DNA from: Eledone cirrhosa
Lineage: Eukaryota
DNA: 64,000 nucleotides
NCBI GenBank assembly: GCA_964016885.1
Contig: OZ024742.1
Coordinates: 202,368,001 to 202,432,000, forward strand
Reading direction: 5' to 3'
The translations under genes were made by a program, and so were the position numbers. The notes beneath the pieces were generated by a model, which had not been told where the DNA came from, did no database searches, and saw nothing but the letters and a program-made list of their open reading frames with translations. This document shows positions 25,973 through 39,299 of the stretch, piece after piece (within the stretch, counting starts at the first letter, position 1; each line of letters starts with the position of its first letter).

Positions 25973-26564
25973 ATACTTGTGGAGGGTCATATTGTAATAA
26001 TATTGCCAGAAATAATAACAGAACACACTCACTGTTTGGTTGGTTTCGCTTCTGCATCTTTTATATCTCCATAGTTAATTCATATGGCCATCAATGTTTG
26101 TCATTGATGGCCAAAAATACAGATATAAATATATATATAGTCTAACAAAGTTCTTTCGTTGAACATCTGCAACATCATCAGTGGTACTATTGTCATGTTT
26201 CCTCCTATTGTGTCGGGTTTACGCCATTTTTATTAAAAATAAATCAATAAATCAATACAAATAAAAATGGCGTAAACCCGACACAATAGGAGGAAACATG
26301 ACAATAGTACCACTGATGATGCTGCAGATGTGCAACGAAAGAATTTGTTAGACTATATATATATATTCATATCTGTATTTTTGATCGTTGATCAGTCAAT
26401 GATAAACATTGATGGCCAAATGAATTAACTATTGAGATATAAAAGATGCAGAAGCGAAAACCAACCAAAGAGTGAGTGTGTTCTTTTATTATACAACAAT
26501 ATGACCCTCCCCAAGTATAACAATATTTGTTTCGACACACGATTTCATATAAAAAACCTCGCAA

Positions 26565-26604
<40 letters not shown>

Positions 26605-26630
26605 TTGCGAGGTTTTTTATATGAAATCGT
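25968..26630. mobile_element. inverted pair of Penelope pseudo-LTRs (family C)
   Basis: 25968-26240 is inverted at 26262-26525 and matches the non-coding ends of the GIY-YIG elements at 39300 and 59765. HHR-like motifs lie at 26137-26190 (-) and 26304-26356 (+). Confidence 0.8.
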
Positions 26631-27042
26631 ATTGAACAAACGAGCAACGATGGTTGCTAGACACTGCGGCTGCATACGGGATGTTTGTTTACAAACACAC
26701 CGAGCATTATAATAAATGTTCGGTGAATCCATACGTACATATATATGTGTGTGCATGTGTATATATATACATATATATACTACTGTGCGTCTGTATACAT
26801 ATATGTATGTACGTATGCATACTTATATTTAAATATAAGTATGCATACGTACATACATATATGTATACAGACGCACAGTAGTATATTTATGTATATATAT
26901 ACACATGCACACACATATATATGTACGTATGGATTCACCGAACATTTATTATAATGCTCGGCGTGATTGTAAATAAACATCCCGTATTAAGCCGCAGTGT
27001 CTAGCAACCATCGTTGCTCGTTTTTTCAACACTGACAAAGGA

Positions 27043-27085
27043 ACGCTATACTAGTTTCAAGCTTATTAGCTATCGTCAGCAACGT
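27043..27085 (-). ncRNA. minimal type I hammerhead ribozyme (array 1)
   Basis: Sense ACGTTG-CTGACGA-t AGCT aata AGCT t-GAAA-CTAG-TA/TAGCGT. Confidence 0.8.
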
Positions 27086-27470
27086 ATACCTTCCTGACAG
27101 ATGATTGAACGTCTGAAAGTATATACTTTCCTTATACATCTTAACGGCTGAGCAGCCTAATTTGCATATCGAGTGGGTTAATCGGCCGGGTGCACCGAAA
27201 ACGATAAACGGAAAAAATGAAACGAAATTTCATTTCCCTTAGTACGGCTGCTACTTAAATATAAGTATGCATACGTACATACATATATGTATGCAGACGC
27301 ACTGTAGTATGTATATATATATATATACACACATGCACACACATATATATGTACGTATGAATTCACTGAACATTTATTATAATGCTCGGTGTGTTTGTAA
27401 ACAAATATCCCGTATTAAGCCGCAGTGTCTAGCAACCATCGTTGCTCGTTTGTTCAACACTGACAACGGA

Positions 27471-27513
27471 ACGCTGTACTAGTTTCAAGCTTATTAGCTA
27501 TCGTCAGCAACGT
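27471..27513 (-). ncRNA. minimal type I hammerhead ribozyme (array 1)
   Basis: Sense ACGTTG-CTGACGA-TAGCTAATAAGCTT-GAAA-CTAG-TA/CAGCGT. Confidence 0.85.
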
Positions 27514-27896
27514 ATACATTCCTGCCAGATGATTGAACCTCTGAAAGTATATACTTTCCTTATGCATCTTAACGGCTGAGCAGCCTAATTTGCATATCGA
27601 GTGGGTTAATCGGCCGGGTTCACCGAAAACGATAAACGGAAAAAATGAAACGAAATTTCATTTCCCACTCTTAGTACGGCTGCTACTTAAATATAAGTAT
27701 GCATACGTACATTCATATATGTATACAGACGCACAGTAGTATGTATATATATATATATACACACATGCACACACATATATATGTACGTATGGATTCACCG
27801 AACATTTAGTATAATGCTCGATGTAAACAAACATCCTGTATTAAGCCGAAGTGTCTAGCAACCATCGTTGCTCGTTTGTTCAACACTGACAATGGT

Positions 27897-27939
27897 ACGC
27901 TGTACTAGTTTCAAGCTTATTAGCTATCGTCAGCAACGT
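27897..27939 (-). ncRNA. minimal type I hammerhead ribozyme (array 1)
   Basis: Same motif as 27471-27513. Confidence 0.85.
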
Positions 27940-29030
27940 ATACCTTCCTGCCAGATAATTGAACGTCTGAAAGTATATACTTTCCTTATGCATATTAACG
28001 GCTGAGGAGCCTAATTTGCATATCGAGTGGGTTAATCAGCCGGGTGCACCGAAAACGATAAACAGAAAAAATGAAACGAAATTTCATTTCCCACTCTTAG
28101 TACGGCTGCTACTTAAATATGCATACGTACATACTATATATATAGTAATAATAAATTTGAAGACTAAAATCCTTAGAGGGCTCGATAAGGATAAATATAT
28201 ATCAAATATTAAGAACCGTATTAAAATAACAGATTAAAGTTTAAGCAAAGAATCGCTGCTTTCATCCTTAACAGGATCTTCTGAATCTAAAAAAAATCAA
28301 TCTGTGAACGCAGAAGTAAATATTTCGAAAAACGTTGCAACCGAAGGAAGACAGGAAGACGATACATTGGTTCGTGGAAACTTTCCCTGGCAAAGGACGG
28401 CAAAAAAACGAAGATAATACGTCATTATTTGTAACGATTGAAAACGATTACACGCAAAGACAAAAGCACGTATATGGTATAATTGAAGTAGTAGCCTAAA
28501 ATTCTATTTAGGAAACCGAATGATTTTCGGCTTCAGTGTTAAGAATAATGTAAATAAATTACAGAGGTAATTGAAATCAACAAAAATTAAATATATACAT
28601 GCACGCATCCATATACGTCCATACACATGCATACACGAAAACACCCGCCATGAGTATGCAAATACAAGCACGTACACAAAAAACCACGCACGCACATAGA
28701 GAAACAACGCAACGCCTGTACCCGCACACACGAACGTATACACCAAACACACATACAAAAAAGATATTAAAAAAAAAAATATATATATATATATGTGTGT
28801 TTGTGTGTGCGTGTATACATATAATTATATAAACGTATATAAATATACACACATAAATACGTATATAATGCGCTCACACATATACCTACATGTAAATACA
28901 CATATGTTCGCTAAACGTACGTCAACCAAAACACAAAGTACACATATACACACACCCTACATACGTACGAACCCGCTTTTTCATTTCAAGGGGTTATATC
29001 CCCGATATGATTCAACTATATTATAATTAA

Positions 29031-29220
29031 TATGTGGATTGGCAGTATCAGTAGAAGGTCGGACGCCATGCTTTGCAGCATAGAGTTACGCCCCTTTATG
29101 GTGCGAGTTCAAATCCCGCCGAGGTTCACTTTGCCTTTCATCCTTACGGGGTCGATAAAATAAAGTACCAGTAATGTACTGGGGTAATTGCTGGCATTGT
29201 GCCAATAGTAGAAACAATTA
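29031..29220 (+). mobile_element. SINE family A
   Basis: A and B boxes plus core. Confidence 0.85.
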
Positions 29221-30041
29221 TATTTAATATCCGTTGTAATAACGTTTGCAAATGACAAAACACTTTTTAAATACCCATTTTTGTTTGTTTGTTTGTTTGT
29301 TTGTAGGGGCACAGGATATATTGAGGAGCACACAAGAAGGAAACCATGATCCATGGTAAGAAATAGTTTCATATGTCAAAGCGTTAGAACGTTGGATTAT
29401 GCTGTGAGTTTAAGTCTCAACGAGGTCAACTTTGCATTGCTGCCTATCGGTTTCGGTAAATAGAGTGTCAGCTTTATCGATCTTCCATTTTCGTGTGAGT
29501 TAACCCGCGATGTCACCTGTTTAAAGCTGTAGTGACTCTTGGAGATATTCAGTGGTACTGGGAGAGATAACTAGCATGCATGGAAATTCTTTGGCTTCTA
29601 GACACACAAAAAAACATTGCCTAAATAGCGCCTTTGCATATTTTCAGATGTAGATCTATGGTGAGAGCTGGTGCTAGTGCTTGTAACGAAAGTGATTCCA
29701 CTAACATTTCCGATGACCTAATTGTCACATATATATATCTGACTTCTACTACAGACAACGGATTGGCCCGACATTATGCAGGACAATTGTAAAGAATCTG
29801 TCAAGAGTAGTGATTGTAGGAATAGAACCTGGAAACCAGGTGATTGATACGAAATGAAATTCTAAATTCAACAGCCATACACGCACCCATATATTTGGGG
29901 TTGTTTTATATGCCTGAAGTTCTTAATTTATTCGAATATTCCTTTAATTTCCATAACATCTGTCTCTACAGTTCCTTTTTCTATAACTACGTTGTCTTGG
30001 ACATGACAGCGCCTGGAGGTTGGAATGTTTACTAGATACCT

Positions 30042-30670
30042 GATGGTGGTTGTGGTGGTGGTGGTGGTGGTTGTGGTGGTGGTGGTGGTTGTGGTGGTGT
30101 AGTAGTGGTGGTTGTGGTGATTGTGGTGGTGGTGGTTGTGGTGGTGGTTGTTGTGGTGGTGGTGGTGGTGTGGTGGTGGTTGTGGTGGTGGTAGTGAGGG
30201 TTGTGGTGTAGGTGGTGGTGGTGGTGGATATGGTAGTTGTGGTGGTGGTGGTGGTTGTGGTGCTGGTGGTAGTGCTGGTGCTGGTGTTGGTGGTGGTGGT
30301 TGTGATTTTGGTGGTGGCGGTGGTGGTTGTGATGGTGGTGGAGGTGGTTGTGGTGGCGTTGATGGTGGTGGTGGAGGTGATGGTGGTGGATGTGGTTGTG
30401 GCGGCGTTGATGGTGGTGGTAGAGGTGATGGTCGTGGTACTGCTGCTGCTGGTGCTGGTGGTGGTGTTGGTGCTGGTGGTTGTGATGATGGTGGTGTCGT
30501 GGTAGTGGTGTCGGGGTGGTGGTGTTGATGCTGCTGCTGCTCCTGCTACTGATGATAATGGGGTATGTGATGATGGTGATTATGGCGATGGTAATGAAGA
30601 TAGTGATGACGTAATGATAGTTGTGGTGGATGATGATATTGTCGTGGCAATTATGACATTGATGATGGTG
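30042..30670. repeat. degenerate (GGT)n/(GAT)n tract
   Basis: Direct reading. Confidence 0.9.
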
Positions 30671-31722
30671 GCGTTTATAACGGAGTAGTTGCTATCTTAA
30701 CACATCCTTTGTTGCAATTCTCACCTTTTCCCCGCATGTTATTTGTATTTTATAATGTATTATTCAACTGAGACTATTGACGACTCTCACACGCACGTTT
30801 CCCCCATTTCCTTTTAAATTATAAAAATCCTACGAAACAAAGGAAATCTCCCTTAATTCATACTATGCCATCTTAAAAATAAAAGGAAGGGCACACTTGA
30901 TAATGTAGTCCTAGATACACGATGTCTGAAATAAAAGATAGGAAGGTCATTGCTGGAATTTTCGTATTGTTACATATGACATTCCGGCATTGTTTATTAC
31001 ACCTTTTTTTCTTTTGACAATGGTATGTTTTCCGAAATATGAGGGACAGATTAAATATTTCTAAGTTAGCATTCCAGCAATTTGTTATTCCTATTTTCAA
31101 CATTTCGTGTTCTATTTGCATTGTTTTCTAACAGCTAAGCAAAAATATCGGAATAATTTAGCTACGATGATTTAACTAATTCACTAAAAGAGTCTGATGT
31201 AAGTCAATGCCCATGACTTTCAAGTAATTTGAAAGTAATCAAGAATTTGGAGTGATTTGATAACACAACTAACTTTTTCATTATTAAATTGGGGTTAGTA
31301 TGACAAAGTGCTTAGTATGACAAAGTTTCTTTCATAAAGCATCATGGTTTATTTTTACATAATTATAAACATTTTAGAATAAACCGTGTTCTATCCCAGA
31401 ACTAGGAAGTATTTCAAGCGGTTTCGTATCAAAAGGGTCAAGTTTACATTTACAAATGTTTTCGCTATCTTGCATTGGTCAATATAATTAATGGTTGAGA
31501 CGGAAAAAAATTCTGCAGTCAGCTGACAAACCATTTTCTGACAGCTAAACAGAGACATCGGAATAATATGAATACAAAGATTTAATGTGAATGCAGTGAT
31601 CAGAGAAAGAATCTGGTATTCGGTGCATTCTTCAGAGGAATTGGTAAATTCGATTTATTTCTCAACTTTGCATATGATCCAGCTGCTAAATACACATACA
31701 CACACAATCATACACGCTGACG

Positions 31723-31816
<94 letters not shown>

Positions 31817-31901
31817 AAAGTTCTATTTAAAGTTGTTGGGATACAAGTAAATATTTTTATAACTGATATAAAGCACTCGACAAATTTTTGGAGTAGATAT
31901 T

Positions 31902-32463
<562 letters not shown>

Positions 32464-32465
32464 TA

Positions 32466-32675
32466 TACGAGGATAATCCCAAAAGTAAGGTCTCCAAAGC
32501 AATGGGGACGCAGAGAAACTGCTCGTATGGCTGTTGGCAACACAGCGCGCGCTTCGCTGGGATGCTAAATCACGGCTTGGCAGCCGTTGAGAATAGAGCT
32601 CCCGTTGAACGCTACCGCCAAGTGCGAATATCGTGCAGTTATTATATACGAGGCCAATCCCAAAAGTAAGGTCTC
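32466..32675 (+). mobile_element. mariner-like 5' fragment with a duplicated terminal repeat
   Basis: TACGAGG..ATCCCAAAAGTAAGGTCTCC at 32466 and 32648. Between them is [11 protein letters not shown]-x-RAVI, resembling mariner transposase N-termini. Confidence 0.6.
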
Positions 32676-32761
32676 CTTCCGAGGAAAACCTGCGTAAAGA
32701 TCGACGGATCACTCTGGGTGCTCTCTGAATTTTGGTTCCTGAGGTTTCCCGAAGCATCATC

Positions 32762-33660
32762 CACAGGATTTTATCTTATTTCGTATGTTTTTGTTGTAGT
32801 ATAGGAGCAATAGTTCTTTTGGATTTCTTTTAGACACACTATATCTTGGTTGAAATTCTTCTTTTCAACCCATATTTTTCTCCAGAAGGAATCTATGCCT
32901 TTCTGGGATGGGGCCTCAGTGACAGTTATTACTTTACCCTTCATATCTCTATAGACTGATGTTTGGTTTCGTCTGAATCTTTTATTAAGTACTTTTCTTT
33001 CATCTAGCCTCTTCAGGTATCGGCGTTTCTCGCTGACAGCTCTCAATCCTTGTTTGAGGGTGATCAGCCTATATTAACGACTTCTGGTTGTACTGTCACC
33101 AAACATCGTTTCTATTTTATTTTTCACTCTTCGTTGGTGAGGAGTGAAGTGGTTTTTTTTTGTTTGTTTGCATGTAAGGAGCATTGCGACGTATCCTATA
33201 ATTTTTCGTAGGTCAGCAATCTTATTTCTATTTTAGTTATATATGGTATTTGTTGTGGTGTTTTGTTCTTGTTAATAACTCTGATAACCAAGATAATGCT
33301 TCACTGTCGTTGGCAGGGCATATAAACATGGGGGTTTTAATCCGTCGTTAATATTCACCCCCTAATACCACGTAAGATTTCATTATTTGGTTTTATTTTA
33401 TTTAGTGTTGTTGTTTCATTACATTCAACAAGAGAAATGTTTATACATGATTTAATTTCTCACTGGATGATTTCGTTGGGAGAAAATTTCAATTGTTTAT
33501 ACTTTTGATTATTATTATCGATAGTGTTTTCCACAACAGTCGAGGCAAACTCAGATGGTACACGTGGTGTCAAATTTCTTACAGGCATAGTTGTTTCAAG
33601 GCACTGTTCGTTCTTGCTGCTAGGAAGTCTAGTAGCCTGGCGACATGGAGCATGTGTTCT
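32762..33660 (-). pseudogene. N-terminal fragment of the R4/Dong-like element
   Basis: High similarity to 53500-54490 (RAVSEKRRYLK...VYRDMKGK; MPVRNLTP). Confidence 0.85.
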
Positions 33661-34194
33661 TGATTCCATGTTAGTTCTGAGGGACTTATAATTAATAATA
33701 TTTATCTATGTGTGTATGTATGACAAAGGGCAGAAGAACTCATAAGAGTCAACAGCCATCCAAAAATGTGTAAATATGTATGTGTATGTGTACATATGTA
33801 TGTATACATATGTATGCGTACATATGTATGTGTACATATGTATGTGTACATATGTATGTGTACAGATGTATGTGTATGTTTATGCGCGGGGACATAGAAA
33901 TAGTAGGGCTGGATATTCGATCGCGCGGTCAGACCACTTGAAGTGAAGGACCCCTAGCCTTAGTCGGGCATTCTTCAAGGAGAAGGCAACTCAGGAAATT
34001 GGGATAACTCCGACATAAAACCTGCGGCTCAGTAGTTACCGATGATGTTGATCTTTTCTTCTTTCGGGGGTTATAGCTACTGTCACTCAGAGAATGGGTT
34101 TGGCTCAGTGCACAGTCTTTCCTCACTTTAAAAAAAATCTTCATGCACAGGTATTGCACGACAGAATTAATTAATAATTATTAATAATAGTTGA

Positions 34195-34934
34195 AGGCAG
34201 AGGATTGGCAGTATCGGTAGAGGGTCGGACGCCATGCTTTGACGCATAGAGTTACGGCCCCTGCCATTCTGAGTTCAAATCCCGCCGAGGTTAACTTTGC
34301 CTTTCATCCTTACGGGGTCGATAAAATGAAGTACCAGTAATACACTGGGTAATTGCTGGCCTTGTGCCTAACGTAGAAACAATTATTAATAATAGTATAT
34401 CGTGCAATGGCCATACTTGATGTATGTATAGATAGAAAGAGAGAGAGGGGGGTGGTTGAAAAGTGGGATCAAGTTCAATTGATATCTGAGAAAAAATAAA
34501 TATACTTAATAAACTGTTTCCTACATTTCTGGGTATCATTATCTTACGTGGATTGGCAGTATCGGTAGAGGGTCGGACGCCATGCTTTGACGCATAGAGT
34601 TACGGGCCTTGCCATTCTGAGTTCAAATCCCGCCGAGGTTAACTTTGCCTTTCATCCTTATGGGGTCGATAAAATAAAGTACCAGTAATACACTGGGTAA
34701 TTGCTGGCCTTGTGCCAAAAGTAGAAACAATTATCTTACTCAATAAAGGGCGGTGAATTGGCAGTATCGGTAGAGGGTCGGACGCCATGCTTTCTAGCAT
34801 AGTTACGTCCCTTTACGATCTGAGTTCACATCGCGCCGAGGTTAACATTGCCTTTCATCCTTACGGGGTCGATAAAATAAAGTACCAGTAATACACTGAT
34901 AATTGCTGGCCTTCTGCCTAAAGTAGAAACAATT
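34195..34934 (+). mobile_element. three SINE family A copies
   Basis: Copies at about 34195-34386, 34548-34734 and 34747-34934. Confidence 0.9.
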
Positions 34935-35654
34935 ATCTTACTCAATATATCTGGATCTTTCTACAACCTTGCAAATATACTTAACTGCTCACCATCCCCA
35001 CGTGACGTATGACAGATGACACGGAATGGCACGTTATATTAATGCCTACTAAATTTGAATAGCTAAATATATGTGAAAAGTTATAATTATATCTGTTGTT
35101 GACAGTGTGAAATTATCTCGGTCCAGCGTATTCACAGCAGTATTGTGAAATGACCTTAAATATCAGGTTGGACTTAATTAAGGGGTCTCTCAATCGTAAT
35201 TATTTCATCATCGAATTTCCTTCCATGAATATCTGCCAGTATTACCGATTCCATATATTTTCTTTTGTGCCGTTCCACCGTCACTTATAAGCTTCTATTG
35301 TAATTAATCAGAGATCCTACACACATCGATAACATTGTGTTATGTACACAATCTATATCACGTTTATTCCTTTATACCTCTCTTTAACTTTTGTCAATAT
35401 AAGAATGCATTAGTATATCATATATTTATACATACATAAATATATTCATACATTTATACATACATATATACATACGTACATACATTCATTTATTCATACA
35501 TACATACATTCATATATTCATATATTCATATATACATTCATTCACTCATGCATAGAAATATACATACGGGGTGTTTTTACTATATTATATATGAAAATAC
35601 ATATCGGTTTGTCTATCTATTCATATATAGACATACTCCAATACACACACAGAT

Positions 35655-35687
<33 letters not shown>

Positions 35688-35830
35688 GGGGGGGGTATGT
35701 GTGTGTATCCCGGATTCAATTGGGGGTAACTACAGTAAGTAAGGTACTCAATACATAGCAGAGTATAAATATTTAAAACATAAATGGCTTCTACAGGACT
35801 ACAAATGTTTCATTCAAAGGAAATCATCAA

Positions 35831-35882
35831 GGCTTTCCTGATGATTTCCTTGGAATGAAACAGTTGTAGTCCTGTAGAAGCC
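35831..35882 (+). ncRNA. type I hammerhead ribozyme candidate within a fold-back
   Basis: GGCTTTC-CTGATGA-t TTC cttg GAA t-GAAA-CAG ttgtagtc CTG-TA/GAAGCC. Inverted copy at 35780-35832; family copy at 59522-59575. Confidence 0.65.
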
Positions 35883-36295
35883 ATTTATACTGACAAATCA
35901 TACGCATACACAATCACGAACTATGTATGAACATTCCCACCTATCTAAACGGTGATACACACACACAAAATTAAAAACAACACACACACATTCACATGTC
36001 CCCCATTTCCCATATTTTATTTTTCTCTACTCTTTCTCTCTGTACTCTCTTGACGAAGGACAAAAGTCCGATAACTTGAACTTTCATCTAAAACACGAAC
36101 CTTTGTTCACTAGTTGTTTTGTATCCGTGTATTAGTCTTTTGAAAATCATGAGAACTGTGAAACCGGTAAAATAAAAAAATAAATATTCTTAAAAGACTC
36201 CAGTTCCATTTTCAATTTCTTTTCCTTATATATATATATATATATATATATATGTCATTGTAAATATATATATATATATACATATATATACATAT

Positions 36296-36378
<83 letters not shown>

Positions 36379-36641
36379 TACATATATATATATATATAGT
36401 TAAAAGAATAGAGGTGTAACACACAAGTTATTATATATTGGTAAACGGAATAGAAAATGCTGACAAATTGTTCACAGTGAAAAATAGTTTAATTAGGAAT
36501 AAGTGAGAATTAGTAATCGTCTTGGTTAGTATTCAGTTTTGGTTTTAAGTTTTACCGGTTGCGCATTTCTAAATGCTTTTCAAAAATAATTTTGAGATAG
36601 AGCGTCCGTGATGTTTGCTCTGATCAGAGCAAACATCAGAG

Positions 36642-36686
<45 letters not shown>

Positions 36687-36831
36687 CAACTAGTAAACAA
36701 GGACCCACACCCCACCCTCCCGCACCAAAATTAGACTTGTCGTCCCCTACTTTTGCTCTTTACTCTCTTTATTCTTTGTTCTTGAATGTTTGGCTGGTAG
36801 AGTCCATAATACCAATCAAACCCCTTTTATA

Positions 36832-36876
36832 GCTCTGACGAATCCTACGGTTACGTAAGGAAGAAACATTGTAAGC
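36832..36876 (+). ncRNA. minimal type I hammerhead ribozyme candidate
   Basis: GCT-CTGACGA-a TCCTACG gtta CGTAAGGA a-GAAA-C att G-TA/AGC. Confidence 0.65.
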
Positions 36877-36917
36877 CAATAAAAATCTTTTGATGTTGTA
36901 GACACTCTTGTGTTCTT

Positions 36918-36984
<67 letters not shown>

Positions 36985-37069
36985 CATATACACATATATA
37001 TATATACATGTATATATCTATATACATATATATATAGACATATATATACACACACACATATATATATGT

Positions 37070-37547
37070 ATATATAATGTATTTTGCAATACACTTTATG
37101 CTTAATTAAAAGCATTTTGAAGACCGTAAGCTATTGTTTTAAAGTAGTGACAAATTCACTCACTTTGATCTCAGCAAACAGGGGAGATAAGCCGACATGA
37201 CATGTTTCGCTTTTGTTGAAGCTTATCAAGGCCAACTACCCCGCCTCTCTACTGAGATCAATGATGTTATATTCTTATAGAAATCTAGTAAATAATCAGG
37301 AGCTGATTATGCAGAGTGGTTGTTGGTCAGGCAGAAATTAAAAATTAGAATTGGAGCTCTGAAATAGCAATATATATGTCATGTCGGCTTATCTCCCCTG
37401 TTTGCTGAGATCAAAGTGAGTGAATTTGTCACTACTTTAAAACAATAGCTTACGGTCTTCAAAATGCTTTTAATTAAGCATAAAGTGTATTGCAAAATAC
37501 ATTATATATACATCTATATATATATTGCTATTTCAGAGCTCCAATTC

Positions 37548-37555
<8 letters not shown>
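37070..37555 (-). mobile_element. family D HHR repeat with 5' inversion
   Basis: Homologous to 1700-2230; 37376-37555 is inverted. Confidence 0.8.
37191..37232 (-). ncRNA. type I hammerhead ribozyme, U3-A8 variant core
   Basis: Sense GCC-TTGATAA-GCTT caacaa AAGC-GAAA-CATGTCATG-TC/GGC. Confidence 0.8.
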
Positions 37556-37601
<46 letters not shown>

Positions 37602-38866
37602 AACGAGTAGGACCCCCCGACGGCTGAGCTCAAGCCATTTCGACGTCTAATTCTGGACTAAATGAACATTTTTATCCTGGTATTTGAATAGCCGAGCTTC
37701 TCAAGGGGTAATTCCATATATGGTCAAAGTGATTGTCACAAGGATTGGTCAAAAGTTTGTTGTTGAGACATAATAATTCTATGATGGCAATTTGTGGAAG
37801 GAAGGGGTAGCTAAACCTGTCAGTAGAAGAAAGAGGGTGAGGGGATGGAGGAGACCCATTCATGCGTTTATAGTGCCGACTACAGCTGGGCATGTGGTCA
37901 AAGAAGATACTAGGGAGGGGGAGGGGGAGGAAGTCTAAACAATAAGTAGAACAATAAGAGGTAAATATATAGAAAAATACTGAGAGTGTTAAAAGGCAAT
38001 TAAATGTAAAAAAAACAATAAATAAACAATTTCTGGTTACTACGACTTAAGTCTCTCACTGGTACTACTGGGCTAAAACAATATACTAGGTGGGACGGAA
38101 TTATAATGAGACCCTTTTAAGAGGTATAAGTAATAAACCGAGTATATCTTACGGTAACGGGTCAACAAGTGAGGGGCCAAAATACTAAAGAAACTACCAC
38201 GAAATAATAAATACAGGTTTCTACCCCAGGCACAAAGCCAGCAACCACCCAGTGCAAAAAAGTAAACTAATACGAAAGTGCAAAAAAGTAAACTAATACG
38301 AAATAATAATTTAATTTCTCGTTTATCAAATCTTCGTAAATTTTCTGAAATTTTTTAACGATCTCTTGGAAAAAAAAAAAAAAAAAAATTTTTCTTATGA
38401 AGGAATTATTTAGGAAACTTTATATTTTAATTTTTTTTTTTTTTAATTTATTTTTTTATTTTTTTTTTTTTTTAATTTTTTTTTTTTATTTATTTTTTAT
38501 TTTTTTTTTTTTTAGTCTCTTAATCCCTTTTGATTTGTTAGGTTTATTGAGGCTTATAAGCTTTATGCACTTATTGAGGGATTTTTTAAGGTGCTTCTAC
38601 GAGATCCCAAGTTTTTTACTTTTAATGCGTAACTTATAAATTCTCTAATTTTTAACCTTCAATCCCCAACTCTTAGGCCCTTTTCAAATTCTCTTAACTC
38701 CCTATAACCCATCCATTTTACAACTCTTACAACTAATATAAAAGAGCCCCCTTAGAATATAGACCCCAAATATACAAGCGGAGCTGTTGATGTATACCAC
38801 AATTTCGAACTGCTAATCTTGAGTGAAACGTTGATGTAAATAATGAACTTACAATCACCTGTTATA

Positions 38867-38913
38867 TGCCTTGAAAAGACCCACCATATGGTCGGACGAA
38901 ACGGCTGTCGGCA
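38867..38913 (+). ncRNA. minimal hammerhead candidate, U3-A8 core
   Basis: TGCC-TTGAAAA-GACC c ACCA ta TGGT c GGAC-GAAA-C ggct G-TC/GGCA, followed by AATAAA. Confidence 0.6.
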
Positions 38914-39236
38914 ATAAACTTGTTATAATGTCATAATAGTTCCATTGTTCTTTTTCATTAATATATATATACAACACATTCATCATATCATATCATATCA
39001 TATCATATACGTGCACTATTGCAAGTTTGCGGAGTGATTGTTTCAACTCATAAGGAAGATATACGGTAACGAAGAGCTTTACCTCAGTTTCTAATCAAAT
39101 TGTAAAACTGAAAGACAGGAGTACAAATACACTTCTACTGACATGATAGATAACTGATATATTATAGTAAAATACGGTAAAATCTAAGTCAGGTGACAGT
39201 AATGAGGTGCCGTTGAGGTGTTTCATTGTACACATT

Positions 39237-39280
<44 letters not shown>

Positions 39281-39299
39281 TCATATATATATATGTATA

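Larger units (their letters stand above)
26632..28135 (-). mobile_element. tandem retrozyme-like array 1 (three units of about 427 bp) with a palindromic left arm
   Basis: Units repeat every 426-428 bp, each with one HHR; palindrome centred at 26830/26831. Confidence 0.85.
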
